A stretch of 63,621 nt of DNA, counting the filler, from Thraustochytrium aureum (Eukaryota), in NCBI GenBank assembly GCA_012862495.1. It is 7 parts of 6 records of this genome, joined end to end, with 100 filler letters (N's around TTAATTAATTAA, not from the genome) between each part and the next. Parts side by side here need not be neighbours in the genome. Positions count along the whole stretch, not along the records: positions 45,351 to 49,783 come from BLSG01000346.1; positions 49,884 to 56,848 come from BLSG01000348.1; 5 more parts are not named here. One strand, given 5' to 3'. The translations under genes were made by a program, and so were the position numbers. Positions 45,351-56,948 of the stretch are shown in pieces; the stretch's first letter is position 1; every line of letters begins with the position of its first letter. The notes beneath the pieces were generated by a model that did not search any database, was not told where the DNA came from, and saw nothing but the letters and a program-made list of their open reading frames with translations.

Positions 45351-48300
45351 TGAGCAATCTCCAGCACGAGTAATGAATTCTTTGTCGAAGTATTGGCCAG
45401 CCCAGCGCGCGAATCTGTCTTGATTCGAGTGTCCTAGCGCGACAGGGGTGGCGACGTCCGTCAGCACGCTAAGGCGCAATTCCCTTCGATAGTTTTCCTG
45501 GAATTCCCTGATGAGTTTGCCGCGCCCCTCGTCGTTGTTTTCAACTTTCGTAGATGACAAGTCGTAGGTTCTAGATGCTCCGCTGCCTTCCTCTGTCCAA
45601 ACGGACTGAACCCAGATGCGCTCAGGCGGGACACCAGCAGCCGTGCTGACAATCTGGTACTTGACATCGTAAGTAGAAGCACTGGTGCCACTGCGCTCCA
45701 CGAGAGTGAGCGGGTACAGTTCTGGACGAAGCTGTCCTCTAAACCCGGCACCGTATTCCGGGAAGCTTGCTCGGGTGATCTTGAAATGGAATGCCTTCAG
45801 GTGACGCTCTGCCGCATCATTCCCGATTTCGTACTTTGACCCATCGGCAGGACTTGAACCTGGCAACATTGGCGGCCACATGGTTCCAACTTTGGAGAGG
45901 ACTTCGCGGATGAAATTTTCCCGAATCGAAGAACGTCCCAACTTGCCTGTCCAACGAATGTGGTCGTAAAGAGCTCCCCCATTCACAAAAAGGCCACCGA
46001 TAAAACCAATGCCACCAGCAAAGGCAGAAGAAGCCAACATCGTATAAATGTTGAGCAAGAACGCGTCCTTTGTCGGGCTCCTTGTCGGCGTCAACGTTGT
46101 TGGGCTCTTTGTTGGCGTCCCCGTTGTTGGGCTCTTCGTCGGCGTCAACGTTGTCGGGCTCTTCGTCGGGCTAAGGATGTCGGGAAGCACAGGATTGGTG
46201 ATGTCGTGCTGGAGAACCCGACGCCTTCCGATCGGGGGCGAACCGCCACCTTGCGGGGCCAGCATCGGCGCCATCATGAGTCCCATGCCGAGGGTCGGGT
46301 AAACTGGAGAGGCCAACATGCCAGTGATCGTCGTGGCAATCATGAACTTGCGTTGCATGCTTTGTAGAGACTTTGACGCAGCACCGTACGCATCGCTGGC
46401 CTGGGAGAACTTTTGCTCCGCGTTGAGGAAGGCCACCTGCGCGGCAAAGGTCACGTTGAGCGCTGGAAGCATGAGCTCAAGCGCGGCAGCCATCTCCACG
46501 TTTGCGGCTTGCACCTCGTTGACAGCAGGCCGGAAGCGCTCGACCGCGTCGAGAGCAGTCTGGCGGTGCGCGCTGAGCTCGATCTGCAGCTTGCGCAGTT
46601 CTGCGAAAGCATTGTTGACTTCGACCAGGCCGCCCGTTGCAAAACCGTCGGTGATGAGCTCTGCCACGCTTGCAAGCGAGTCCTGCACTCCAGCAATATC
46701 GCCCTGCACAAGAGCAAGCCGCTTGGAGAGGTCAACGTGTACATCTTGAATCACAGCCGCAATGAACGACTTCATGTCCCGGTGCAGCTGGAGGAGAACT
46801 TGTTTGTCTGCAGCACGGCGTAGCGCAGCCGCGAGGTCTTTGACTTGGTCCTGCAGCATAGCGATCGGATACGGCGGCACGGCAACACTTGAAAGCGGCT
46901 GCTGAAGTTGCTGCTTGAGCGCAGCACGGACAACGTGGGCAACGCCGTCCAGTCGGTTGCTGGGTTCTTCCGAGCGCACCATTTCAACCAAGTCGCCGAT
47001 CTCGCGCAGAGCGCGCGCGTGCCTGACGCGCTCTTCCTCCGACGCGGCTTGGAGCTCGGCGACGCATGTCGCAGCACGTGAGAGAAAGATGTACTGTGGC
47101 TGGATGGTGACGCGCGCCAACTCTTCCGCACCCAGCATGCTGCATCGCGCATNNNNNNNNNNNNNNNNNNNNNNNNNNNNNNNNNNNNNNNNNNNNNNNN
47201 NNNNNNNNNNNNNNNNNNNNNNNNNNNNNNNNNNNNNNNNNNNNNNNNNNNNNNNNNNNNNNNNNNNNNNNNNNNNNNNNNNNNNNNNNNNNNNNNNNNN
47301 NNNNNNNNNNNNNNNNNNNNNNNNNNNNNNNNNNNNNNNNNNNNNNNNNNNNNNNNNNNNNNNNNNNNNNNNNNNNNNNNNNNNNNNNNNNNNNNNNNNN
47401 NNNNNNNNNNNNNNNNNNNNNNNNNNNNNNNNNNNNNNNNNNNNNNNNNNNNNNNNNNNNNNNNNNNNNNNNNNNNNNNNNNNNNNNNNNNNNNNNNNNN
47501 NNNNNNNNNNNNNNNNNNNNNNNNNNNNNNNNNNNNNNNNNNNNNNNNNNNNNNNNNNNNNNNNNNNNNNNNNNNNNNNNNNNNNNNNNNNNNNNNNNNN
47601 NNNNNNNNNNNNNNNNNNNNNNNNNNNNNNNNNNNNNNNNNNNNNNNNNNNNNNNNNNNNNNNNNNNNNNNNNNNNNNNNNNNNNNNNNNNNNNNNNNNN
47701 NNNNNNNNNNNNNNNNNNNNNNNNNNNNNNNNNNNNNNNNNNNNNNNNNNNNNNNNNNNNNNNNNNNNNNNNNNNNNNNNNNNNNNNNNNNNNNNNNNNN
47801 NNNNNNNNNNNNNNNNNNNNNNNNNNNNNNNNNNNNNNNNNNNNNNNNNNNNNNNNNNNNNNNNNNNNNNNNNNNNNNNNNNNNNNNNNNNNNNNNNNNN
47901 NNNNNNNNNNNNNNNNNNNNNNNNNNNNNNNNNNNNNNNNNNNNNNNNNNNNNNNNNNNNNNNNNNNNNNNNNNNNNNNNNNNNNNNNNNNNNNNNNNNN
48001 NNNNNNNNNNNNNNNNNNNNNNNNNNNNNNNNNNNNNNNNNNNNNNNNNNNNNNNNNNNNNNNNNNNNNNNNNTTCAAGTCAGGAATGTCCGCCGGAGGG
48101 CGCTTGCAGTTGCAGCGCAGAGGAGGGTCGATCGTACTGTCGCATCCGAGAGATCCGTGGCCGCACTGAATTGTCGAGCATTCAGTCGTTGGGCTGACTG
48201 TGGGTCTCAGAGTCGGTGATTGCGTCGGGAATTTGGTCGGAGACTTGGTCGTCGGGAACTTGGTCGGGGCCTTGGTCGTCGGGCGATTGGTTGGAGGCGG

Positions 48301-48519
48301 TATGCAGTGAACCTGAACGCCATTGCCAATTGGGGCCGTGAAAATTATGCCGGGGGGGCCAGGCGGAGGCTGGCATTGTCTGCTTCCATCCTGCACACAG
48401 CCACTTGGGCACTTTGGATTCGAACCACAAGCCCCAGGTGGATGCCAACCGGTACAAGACGCAAAAGCCTGCCCGGAGCAGCCAAGCAGGAGGAGTACGA
48501 GGAGGCCAAACCGATGCAT
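45351..48519 (-). CDS. Large secreted protein: Cys-rich N-terminus, PT repeats, long amphipathic helical region and hydrophobic segments (internal gap, 3' truncated)
   Basis: Signal MHRFGLLVLLLLGCSGQAFA. PTK[FS]PT repeats occur on both sides of gap 47153-48073, which suggests one gene. Contains an RRRVLQ basic site. Confidence 0.65.
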
Positions 48520-49783
48520 GTCGTCGACTTCCGCCTTGCCTTGGTCCTTGGTCTGGCTCCGTTGCTGTCTGTGCCCGCCTGCTTTGCTTCGCTTCTGTGT
48601 CTGCCTACTTGCCTGCTTTCGCTTTTGCTTTTGCTTTGCTTGGTTTGGTGTCTGTCGCTCAGGCTGGTCGATCGGCAGCATTGCTGCTTTTGCTTGTTCT
48701 CGCACCGCCCGGCGCATAAAACCAGCGCCCCTCCGAGCCTACTCGAATTGATCCATGCGAAAGCAGCCGTCCTGGTAGAAGGCTAAAAGTACCTACTCAA
48801 GTATGTACGTGGCAATCCTGCTCAAAGCGGTTGCTGGCAGAACGATGCGCCTCTCATCTTGCAAGGCCGAAGAAGAGATTTGGAGCGGCAATCAGGACGG
48901 CACACATGCTTGGGCAGCGGCATGAGAGCTACCAGCGCGTGTTTTACCGTACGTACCGTATGGTTTCTGCAAAGACCCAGCACGTGCAGCCTGCGCCCTG
49001 TCGTCGCCGTCATCTTGAAAAAGCAAAAGACATTTCTTGAAGCGCACGACTCCCCGCTGAGTCGAGTCGAGGGAGAGATCCACACAACAGCAAGCATCAC
49101 AAGAGAGGTCGGGAGTACTCGATACGCACGGTACCTACTCTGGCCAAGGGAGAGGCCCGGTTTTGGTGTGACGCGGCGCGAGTTGATTCGTGTGACCCAG
49201 TGCCACCAGCAGAAGAGATTTGGAGCCGCCTGATGATACGAGAGATCCAGCATCAACCGCAAATCAGAGAGGCAGAGAACGACAAGTACGGGGAGAGCCA
49301 CTCGTCAACATGGGAGCGACTTTTGCGGTCACCGCCGCGCTCGCAAGACGGGAGATCCTCCCCGGTTTGGAGCCTGCCAGTATGGATCATGATGATGCGG
49401 CAAGGATGCATCGTCGCCAGGAAACGATGAAAGGGAAACGCAGCACGTTATTGTTCTCGCGGCTGGCACAGAAGACCAGCGCCCTTCCGAGTCTTCGCCA
49501 TGCTGAAATTGATCCATCCGAAAACAGAAACAACTTTGAAGAAAACGATCCCTTACACGCCGAAGGGCGACGTCCCGTATGGCACCACGCTGCATCCTTC
49601 GTGTAGTAACCGCATGGCATGTCACGTGGGAAGAGATTTGGACCAGCCAGCATTCAGATGACGGCAGTGCCACGGCACAGAAATAGGCAAGTGGACAGTC
49701 TACCTAACCGGCATCAGACTTCAGCGATCACGTGAGTTGAGACTCTCCTCTCCCCCGACTTCGGGAGTAGCTAGAGTAAGTAC

Positions 49784-49883
49784 NNNNNNNNNNNNNNNNN
49801 NNNNNNNNNNNNNNNNNNNNNNNNNNNTTAATTAATTAANNNNNNNNNNNNNNNNNNNNNNNNNNNNNNNNNNNNNNNNNNNN
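49784..49883. other. Artificial scaffold linker
   Basis: TTAATTAATTAA at 49828-49839. Confidence 0.97.
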
Positions 49884-50137
49884 GGCCGCGCCATGGGCCT
49901 CGCGCTCGGCGGTCTGGACCGCCCCGCCGACTTTGGCCTGGCCTTGGTCCGAATCCTGCCGCCGGGCGTCGCCCAGCCGTCGGCGTTGACGTCGGCGTTG
50001 ATGCTGATGCACGGTCTGCCGCGTCAAGGACAAGGACGAAGGACGTCAAACGAAACGCGAAAGCTCGACTTTTTTCGGGAGCAAGCGTAAACCTTGCTTG
50101 GTTTGCGGGTCGTGCGGTCCAGCGCCGAGCTTGACGA

Positions 50138-52080
50138 TCACAAGAAGAGGCTCGCGAAAGGGTGCACCATGATCGCTGCGGCGTTGGCGACGAGGAACAG
50201 CCCAATGAGGCTCACGAACAGGACGTTGGAAGCGAGCGGGCGGCGCGCAACGGGGCTGTACAGCTCGGTAGCAGCCATGTCCCAGGCTTCTGCTTGCGCG
50301 AACGGGCCGCGCAGGCGGAAGAACGGAATGTATGCCTGGCCGAGTGCCCAGGCCACCATGGCACGCGGAGACCGCCACAGCATCTCCCCCACGCGCGGGT
50401 CGGCGCCAATATCGCGCGCCAGGTCGTGCATGTACGCGCCATAGTCGACACCATAGGCGCCGGTGCGGGCGTTCGGGGCCAAGAGGTGGTACGACGGCGT
50501 TGCCCGCGGCCCCGGGATTGCGCCGCGGAGGCGCTGGATCCACCAAAAGACCTGCAGCTCGGCCATCGGTGGGATGACCCACGTTGGGCGCACGAAACCG
50601 ATGAACGCAAGGGTAACCTCATCCGGGTTGCAAATGTTGTGCTCCACAGGGAGCTGGTCCTGCGCAGGCTGCCTCTTGCCCTGGTCGTCGATGATCTCTG
50701 CTGCGCTGTGGGCTGGCGCGACGCGGGCCTTGAGCCCTTGTGGACCTTTGGCAACGTCGGCCAAGAACGGGAAGCGAACTGCGTACCCGGTGGCGAGCAC
50801 GATTAGGTCAAAGTCGGCCTTGACGCCGTCCTGAAACAAGCACCGTCTTACCATCGACGCGCTCGATGCCACGCTTGACGACGATCTCGCGGTCGTTGAG
50901 CTCGCGCGCGAGCGGGGTGTCGTCCAGGCGCGAATAAAGCCAGCGGCCGAGGAAACTGCGCTTCTTGGCCGCGCGGTTGATCCACGGGAGGGCGTTGATG
51001 CTCTTGTTGATGATCAGGTACCCGCGCTGGACGAGCGAGCTGTCCTTGCAGCCCGCCCACTGGTTGTACCCGCAGGACGAGCCCGTCCCGANNNNNNNNN
51101 NNNNNNNNNNNNNNNNNNNNNNNNNNNNNNNNNNNNNNNNNNNNNNNNNNNNNNNNNNNNNNNNNNNNNNNNNNNNNNNNNNNNNNNNNNNNNNNNNNNN
51201 NNNNNNNNNNNNNNNNNNNNNNNNNNNNNNNNNNNNNNNNNNNNNNNNNNNNNNNNNNNNNGCAGGACGAGCCCGTCCCGAGCAGAAACCCGAGGCGAAT
51301 GAAGGGCGTTGTAAACTTCCACTTGATCTTGAAGCGCTCCAGAAGGGGGTGCATGTGCGAGCACTCGAACAAGTTGGTGATAAACGTGTCGAGAGGCAGC
51401 CCGTTGCCGATCACATACGGCACGGACAAGAAGCCAGACCGGGTGCTCAGGAAGACAGACTTGGTCACCTGGATGGCGCGGTACACGAGGTCGAGGCCGG
51501 TCTCGCCTGCCCCGACGACCAGGACGCGCTTGTCGCGAAACGCCTCCTTGTTCTTGTAGAGCGAGGAGTGCACGACCTCGCCGTCAAAGTTTCCCGGCAG
51601 CTCGGGCTCGTACGGCTCGTTGTGCAGGCCGGAGCAGACGCATACTGCGTCGAAAATCTCGTCGCTTTGTTCCCCGCCAGCAGGTGCGGTGCCCGCTTGC
51701 GAAGCGGGCTCTACAGTGACGCGGTACGACCAGGCGCGGATGCGACCACCGTCCTCGACGCGGGCCACGCTTGCGACGCGCTGCGAGAAGCGGATATGCG
51801 GCCACAGCGAAAACTTGTCGCAGTACGCTTCAAGGTATGCAAGATAGTCCTCGATCAGGGGGTGGTCCTCGGCCTCCTCGCCCATCCGCAGGTCGGAAAA
51901 TGCGGTGATGAACTTTGAGCTCACGAGCCGGCCATCATCGTACGACTTGGTGCGAAACGTCCCGCCCACCTGTGTCCCCGCCTCAAACACCACGGGCTCA
52001 AACCCTTGCTCCTTCAGCGTCTTGCACGCCACGAGGCCGGCGGGGCCTGCTCCGACAACGCACACGCGGCCGGCGGCCAT
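50138..52080 (-). CDS. Flavin-containing monooxygenase (FMO) with C-terminal membrane anchor; false gap and one apparent indel near 50840
   Basis: VCVVGAGPAG, GGTF, FDGEVVHSSLYK (FxGxxxHxxxY), VVGAGETG, IVLATGY, AFIGFVRP..IPPMAELQ. Confidence 0.92.
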
Positions 52081-53025
52081 CTCGGCCGGCAGCCCTGCCC
52101 GCCTTCGAGCGGGACGCGCGACGCCAGGACAGCGACGGCCAAAGCGCCGCACGGTCCGTACGCGGAGCGCGCGAGCACGGCCGCTCCTCAAGGTCCCTGG
52201 GGACGTTCGGGCTCTGCTGACGTGCAAGAGAAGCGAAGCTCTGGCCTTTGTGCATGGACGACGACCTTCTTTGACAACGCCGCACGGACGCGGGCCGGAG
52301 CCAGGATGGCTGGCAGGACGCCGACAGGCCTCCGCCGCGGAGGCTTGGACGCTGGCAAGCACGGCCCGTTTGACGGGCGGATCGAGACGCGAGGCCGATG
52401 GGATGGGATGGACGGGGGCCGGTCAAGGCGAATCGCGCCAGCTGGCGGCCTCTAGAGGCTACCAATCTAGCTTGCGCGCGCTGAGCGAAGCCTGCGCGAG
52501 CCTTCCTGCGCAGGTGCTCCAACGGGCCGCCAAGGCTCACAGCGCAGTCTGCTGTTGGCCGAGCCAACCGGTCAAGTGCAAATGCCTCCCAGCTCCTCCT
52601 CCTCGCAGCGGCCACGCGCAGCGCGCGGGCCTGCCGATCCCTGGTACAGGGCTGCGGCGCAAGGCACCCACCGCTACCTCCACAGCAAGCTCGCTCGCCA
52701 GGCCGGCCGGCTCGACTTGGGCTGGACGCGAGACATGTTGCCGCATCCAGACCGTGTTGGCGCCACTTGCCACAGGCGGACTGTGGCAGATCCCTGACGC
52801 AGAGCAGCGGCAGCAGCAGCAGCAGCAGCAGCAGGAGGGACAGTGGCGGTCGGGGACGTTGAGGGTTGCTGCAATTGCGGGCGAGTTGCGCTTGCGCGGT
52901 TGGGCCTGGTCCGGTTGTTGGTTGTGGGCTGGGCGTCGCGCAAGGCAACGTCAGGGCACTCCCCCAAACGAGAGTGGGTTTCTGACCAAAGCTTGGGCCC
53001 CAGCGTCGCGTCTGGGACAGCAAGC

Positions 53026-54195
53026 ATGGGCAAGTTTAGCGCTGCTCTTGTCGCGTTCGTTGCCGTTGCAGCGGCGTACGCGGGCGGGCTTTTCGGGGAC
53101 CCGCACGAGGGCTTGCCGCCAGGTACCGAGTCGATGGGGCACCTCATGATGCTCGGGTACATGAACTGGGCTCGCAATGGCAAGGAGCTCTTTGCGTTCA
53201 CGCGGGAGACGTACGGGCGCGGGCTGCCTCTCAAGGGATTTCGCGTGCTGCTCACCGGCGGCACGCGCGGGCTGGGCCAGGGCGTCGCGGGGCACCTTGC
53301 CGCGCTCGGCGCCGACCTGGTGCTGCCGTGCCGCAGGATTCCGCAAGGCGTCGAGGACGAGCTGTACGCGAAGGCCAGCGAGCTGCGCAAAGAATATGGG
53401 GCGGCGCCAGTGCAGCGGTCCCAACTCGGCTCACTGCACCTGCTCGAGATGGACCTGGCCGACATGGACACGATCGACGCGTTCGTTGACAAAGTCTCGA
53501 GCGAGCTAGGCCCCAACTCTGTCCACGCCCTGGTGAACAACGCCGGGCTCATCGACACGTCCGGGTCGCGCACCAAGCAAGGCTTTGACAAGACGCTGGG
53601 GGTGAATTTTCTGGGCCACGCGCTCCTGACCCAGCTCCTCGTGAAGCGCAACGTGTTGGGCAGCGGCCCTGGGCGCGACCGCCCCGTGGTCGTGATGGTC
53701 TCATCGGAGGAGCATCGTACGTGGAAGCGGCTGAACGAGACCGGCGCGGCCTTTGGGGATGTGTTTGCCGAAGGCGCGTTGGACGTGATGCACAGGTACA
53801 GCCACAGCAAGCTGGCGATGACGACCTACGCGCTGGAGCTGGCGCGCCGCCACGGCGAGCTGGCCGTTTTTGATATTTGCCCTGGCCCCGTCGCGAGCGA
53901 TATCGTGCGCGACGTCCCGTTGATCGCGGACGTCGTGGGCTTCATCCTCTATTTGATCTTTCCGAGTCGCTACACTGCTGCGCTTCCGATTGTGCGCATC
54001 TTGGCCGACGCGCGCATGGCTGAGCAGGCCGGCCAACACTTTCACATCGCCGAGGTCCGGGAGGCGCGCGCAGACGCCGCTGACCCAGCCGCAGGAGCCT
54101 GGCTTTGGAAGGAGACCTCTGCGCTCTTGGAAAAGCGGAGCCCCGGCAAGACATACCTTAGCGAACGCCTCGAACTGCTGGCGAGTCGACTCTAG
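53026..54195 (+). CDS. Retinol dehydrogenase-like SDR with N-terminal hydrophobic segment and C-terminal SRL
   Basis: TGGTRGLG, LVNNAG, VNFLGH, VSSEEH, YSHSK, CPGPVASDI. Confidence 0.9.
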   Translation: MGKFSAALVAFVAVAAAYAGGLFGDPHEGLPPGTESMGHLMMLGYMNWARNGKELFAFTRETYGRGLPLKGFRVLLTGGTRGLGQGVAGHLAALGADLVLPCRRIPQGVEDELYAKASELRKEYGAAPVQRSQLGSLHLLEMDLADMDTIDAFVDKVSSELGPNSVHALVNNAGLIDTSGSRTKQGFDKTLGVNFLGHALLTQLLVKRNVLGSGPGRDRPVVVMVSSEEHRTWKRLNETGAAFGDVFAEGALDVMHRYSHSKLAMTTYALELARRHGELAVFDICPGPVASDIVRDVPLIADVVGFILYLIFPSRYTAALPIVRILADARMAEQAGQHFHIAEVREARADAADPAAGAWLWKETSALLEKRSPGKTYLSERLELLASRL

Positions 54196-54526
54196 AGAGG
54201 CAGGACTAGCAATAGAGAGTTGGACCTCAAGTTCCGAATGACAAGGAATNNNNNNNNNNNNNNNNNNNNNNNNNNNNNNNNNNNNNNNNNNNNNNNNNNN
54301 NNNNNNNNNNNNNNNNNNNNNNNNNNNNNNNNNNNNNNNNNNNNNNNNNNNNNNNNNNNNNNNNNNNNNNNNNNNNNNNNNNNNNNNNNNNNNNNNNNNN
54401 NNNNNNNNNNNNNNNNNNNNNNNNNNNNNNNNNNNNNNNCGCGTGTCGGCAGGTCTTGCGGAAACGCGTCCGTTGCCCTCGCTGTGACTGCAGTGCGCGG
54501 TTCACTAACCGTGAATCAGGGGCTGG

Positions 54527-56142
54527 CTAAAGGCTGCTCGCGACGGCTGCCGGCGCTGCGAGAAGCTGGCAACCGCGCATCACGGTTCGCGAGCCCACCA
54601 TCGCTTCAAAGGCAAAAACACAGCGCCCTTGACCGAGCCGGGCGCGAGCGCGGGCCCCTTTGGGGGGCTCGCCAGCTGCCAAGAGTAAATGGCCAGCGTA
54701 TGGCCTACGCCGGCCTTGGCCAGGTTTTCAAACCACACCGCGCGGACGGTGCGTCCCGCCCACGAAGCCGCGGACCTCGCGCTCTCGACGTAGGAAACGA
54801 GGGTGGACGGGTTGATGAATCCGTCCAGGCCGACGTCCATGGAACGCACAGCGATCTCCACGCACGAGGCCTGCCTCGGGCGCCTTTCGTCGTACTTGAG
54901 TCGCGTTGCAGACTGAATGTGGGAGGGGACCGCTTTCGCACCACGTTGCTGCACAAGGTTTCGGAGGCGGCGGCGCTGTGGGATGTTTATCACCTTGCCC
55001 GTGTCGCGGTGCAGCGAGACCAGGGTCGACTGGCCCCTTGCGACGATGATCCGCGCGGAGCGCGCCCCGCTGGCAGAAACCATCGCTTGGGCGGTCTCGA
55101 GGTACTGCTTGCGCTGGCCTGTGATGGCGAGGAGCCGCAAGGTCTTCTCGACGTGAGCGGGCGTGGTGTAAATCTCCGAGCAGAGCGTGACCGATCGCGT
55201 CCCCACCGACTCGAGCCAGAGGCTGAGGTGCAAGCGGAGGCCCGGCAAGAGGTTTTGCAGCACCTCGACAGCGTGTGCGCGGACAACAAAGCTGGCGGGG
55301 CTTTCCTCAAAGGTTGGTGTCGAAGTGCTAAACGAGATCGGGTGGCGCACGTCCGCCAGCACGCCACGGCCCAGCATGAGCCACGTCAGGTGGTCAAAGT
55401 AGCGCTGCGCGGTGATCACGTCGTTGCTGCCAAAGTCGAACACGGAAGAGCACTCGTACGCGCGCACAGACCACTCGCGCGAGATTACGCAGCCCCAGTA
55501 CAGCTCGCCTTCAATCACATCGCGGATCCCGTCAAACACCTTTTCGGGGTGGTTGTCGGCGTCAACGCGGCGCACGATAGAGCCGTAGAACTCGAGGATG
55601 CTCGCGATGTTGTCGTGGTACATGGACAGCCGCTTGGTCATCTTTTCGCGCGTGTCGTCTTCGCGGGTGATGAGGCGCCGGGTCACCTCGGGGTCGACCG
55701 GGGGCTTGAGCTTGATGTTGAAGATCTCGCCCGAGACGGGGTCGATGCGGCGCCCTTCGACGCGGCCCATGACCACCTCGTCCGGGACCTCGAGCAGGAT
55801 CATGTGCGAAATGTCAATCCCGAGCTGCGCCAGGACCTCCGCCTGGCGCCGGGTGCGCGGAAATCCGTCCAGGAGGACGCCTTTGTCTTGGCAGTCTTTT
55901 TGCACCAGCCGCTCTTTGATGATGGCGCACACGAGGTCGTCCGGGACGAGTAGGCCCTGGTCCATGTACTCTGCGAGCTCTGGGAGGTACTTGCGCCTCG
56001 TGCGCAAGATGTCGCCCGCGCTCACGTGAAGCAGGCCATACTTTTCCAAGAGCTTGCCGCACTGCGTGGACTTGCCGCACGCTGGCGGGCCAGCGATCAG
56101 GATTGTCCCCACGCCGGTCTCGGCTAGCATGAACTCGGCCAT
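54527..56142 (-). CDS. Adenylate kinase fused to a double-hotdog acyl-thioesterase-like domain; true stop probably 54527 rather than 54580
   Basis: ADK: GPPACGKSTQ, HVSAGDILR, LLDGFPRT, GRRIDP, REDD. Hotdog-like: WSVRAYEC, FVVRAHAVE, LWLESVGTRS, VARGQSTLV...DTGKVINIP, IAVRSMDVGLDGFINP. Confidence 0.8.
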
Positions 56143-56848
56143 CGCCCGCGTTTCACCCCAGACCCGGCACGCAGTGCGCACTGCCTGCCCGCCCGCCCGC
56201 CCGCCTGCCTGCCTGCAAGCTCCCAGCTCTCGGGGGCCGGCTTTCAAGCGCTCAGCTTGGCCCGAGTCGGGAGATGGGCAGCGGGCAGACTTGACGGTCT
56301 GTCGCTGCTCTGCTCGCAGATTTTTGGACCATTTGGGCGAGGCGGAATGACTCTGAGAATGAGACCAACGAGGAAGAGCGGACGACCGTCTTTCTTGCCC
56401 GGTTTCTTTCATGCCGAGTGCTTGCTTGCTTGCTTTCTTGCGGCGCAAGGGACTCCACGCCGCGCGCCTGGCTTGAACCGCGTTGGCCTGGTGCAGCCGG
56501 CTGCGCTCGTTCGGGACGTGGGTTGACGCTGCGGTGTGCGACTGACTGGCCGTCGTGCACGCCTCGAGGCCTTGCGTTGCCCGCCAGCCTGAGCGCAGTC
56601 GCGGCGCTCATTGGTCTGCGTAGTGACGGACGGGGCATCGCGTCAATCGCTCGGCGCTGGGGCGACCCGTTCGCAACGCGACGGGGGCCGGGCCCCGCAC
56701 TTGGAACTCGCTCAGTTCGAGTAATTGATGGGGAAACGCCACCATCGAGCGGAGCTGCTCGCCCACCCGCTGCAGACAGACCTCCGCCCCGCTCTCCACT
56801 TGTAGCTCTTAGTAGAGCGCTACTCGAGCCGGCTAGCTTGGCCTTGCG

Positions 56849-56948
56849 NNNNNNNNNNNNNNNNNNNNNNNNNNNNNNNNNNNNNNNNNNNNTTAATTAA
56901 TTAANNNNNNNNNNNNNNNNNNNNNNNNNNNNNNNNNNNNNNNNNNNN
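56849..56948. other. Artificial scaffold linker
   Basis: TTAATTAATTAA at 56893-56904. Confidence 0.97.

Noticed and set aside
7975..56220. Microsatellites such as (CGAT)n, (TTTTG)n, (CCAG)n, (TAG)n, (GCCGG)n and (CAG)n
   Set aside because: Ordinary intergenic or UTR simple repeats with no further structure.
28429..56904. Six identical TTAATTAATTAA palindromes as a biological repeat or recombination site
   Set aside because: Each sits in the centre of exactly 100 bp with 44 N on either side and has stops in all six frames, so it is an assembly linker. Gene clustering across these points was not interpreted.
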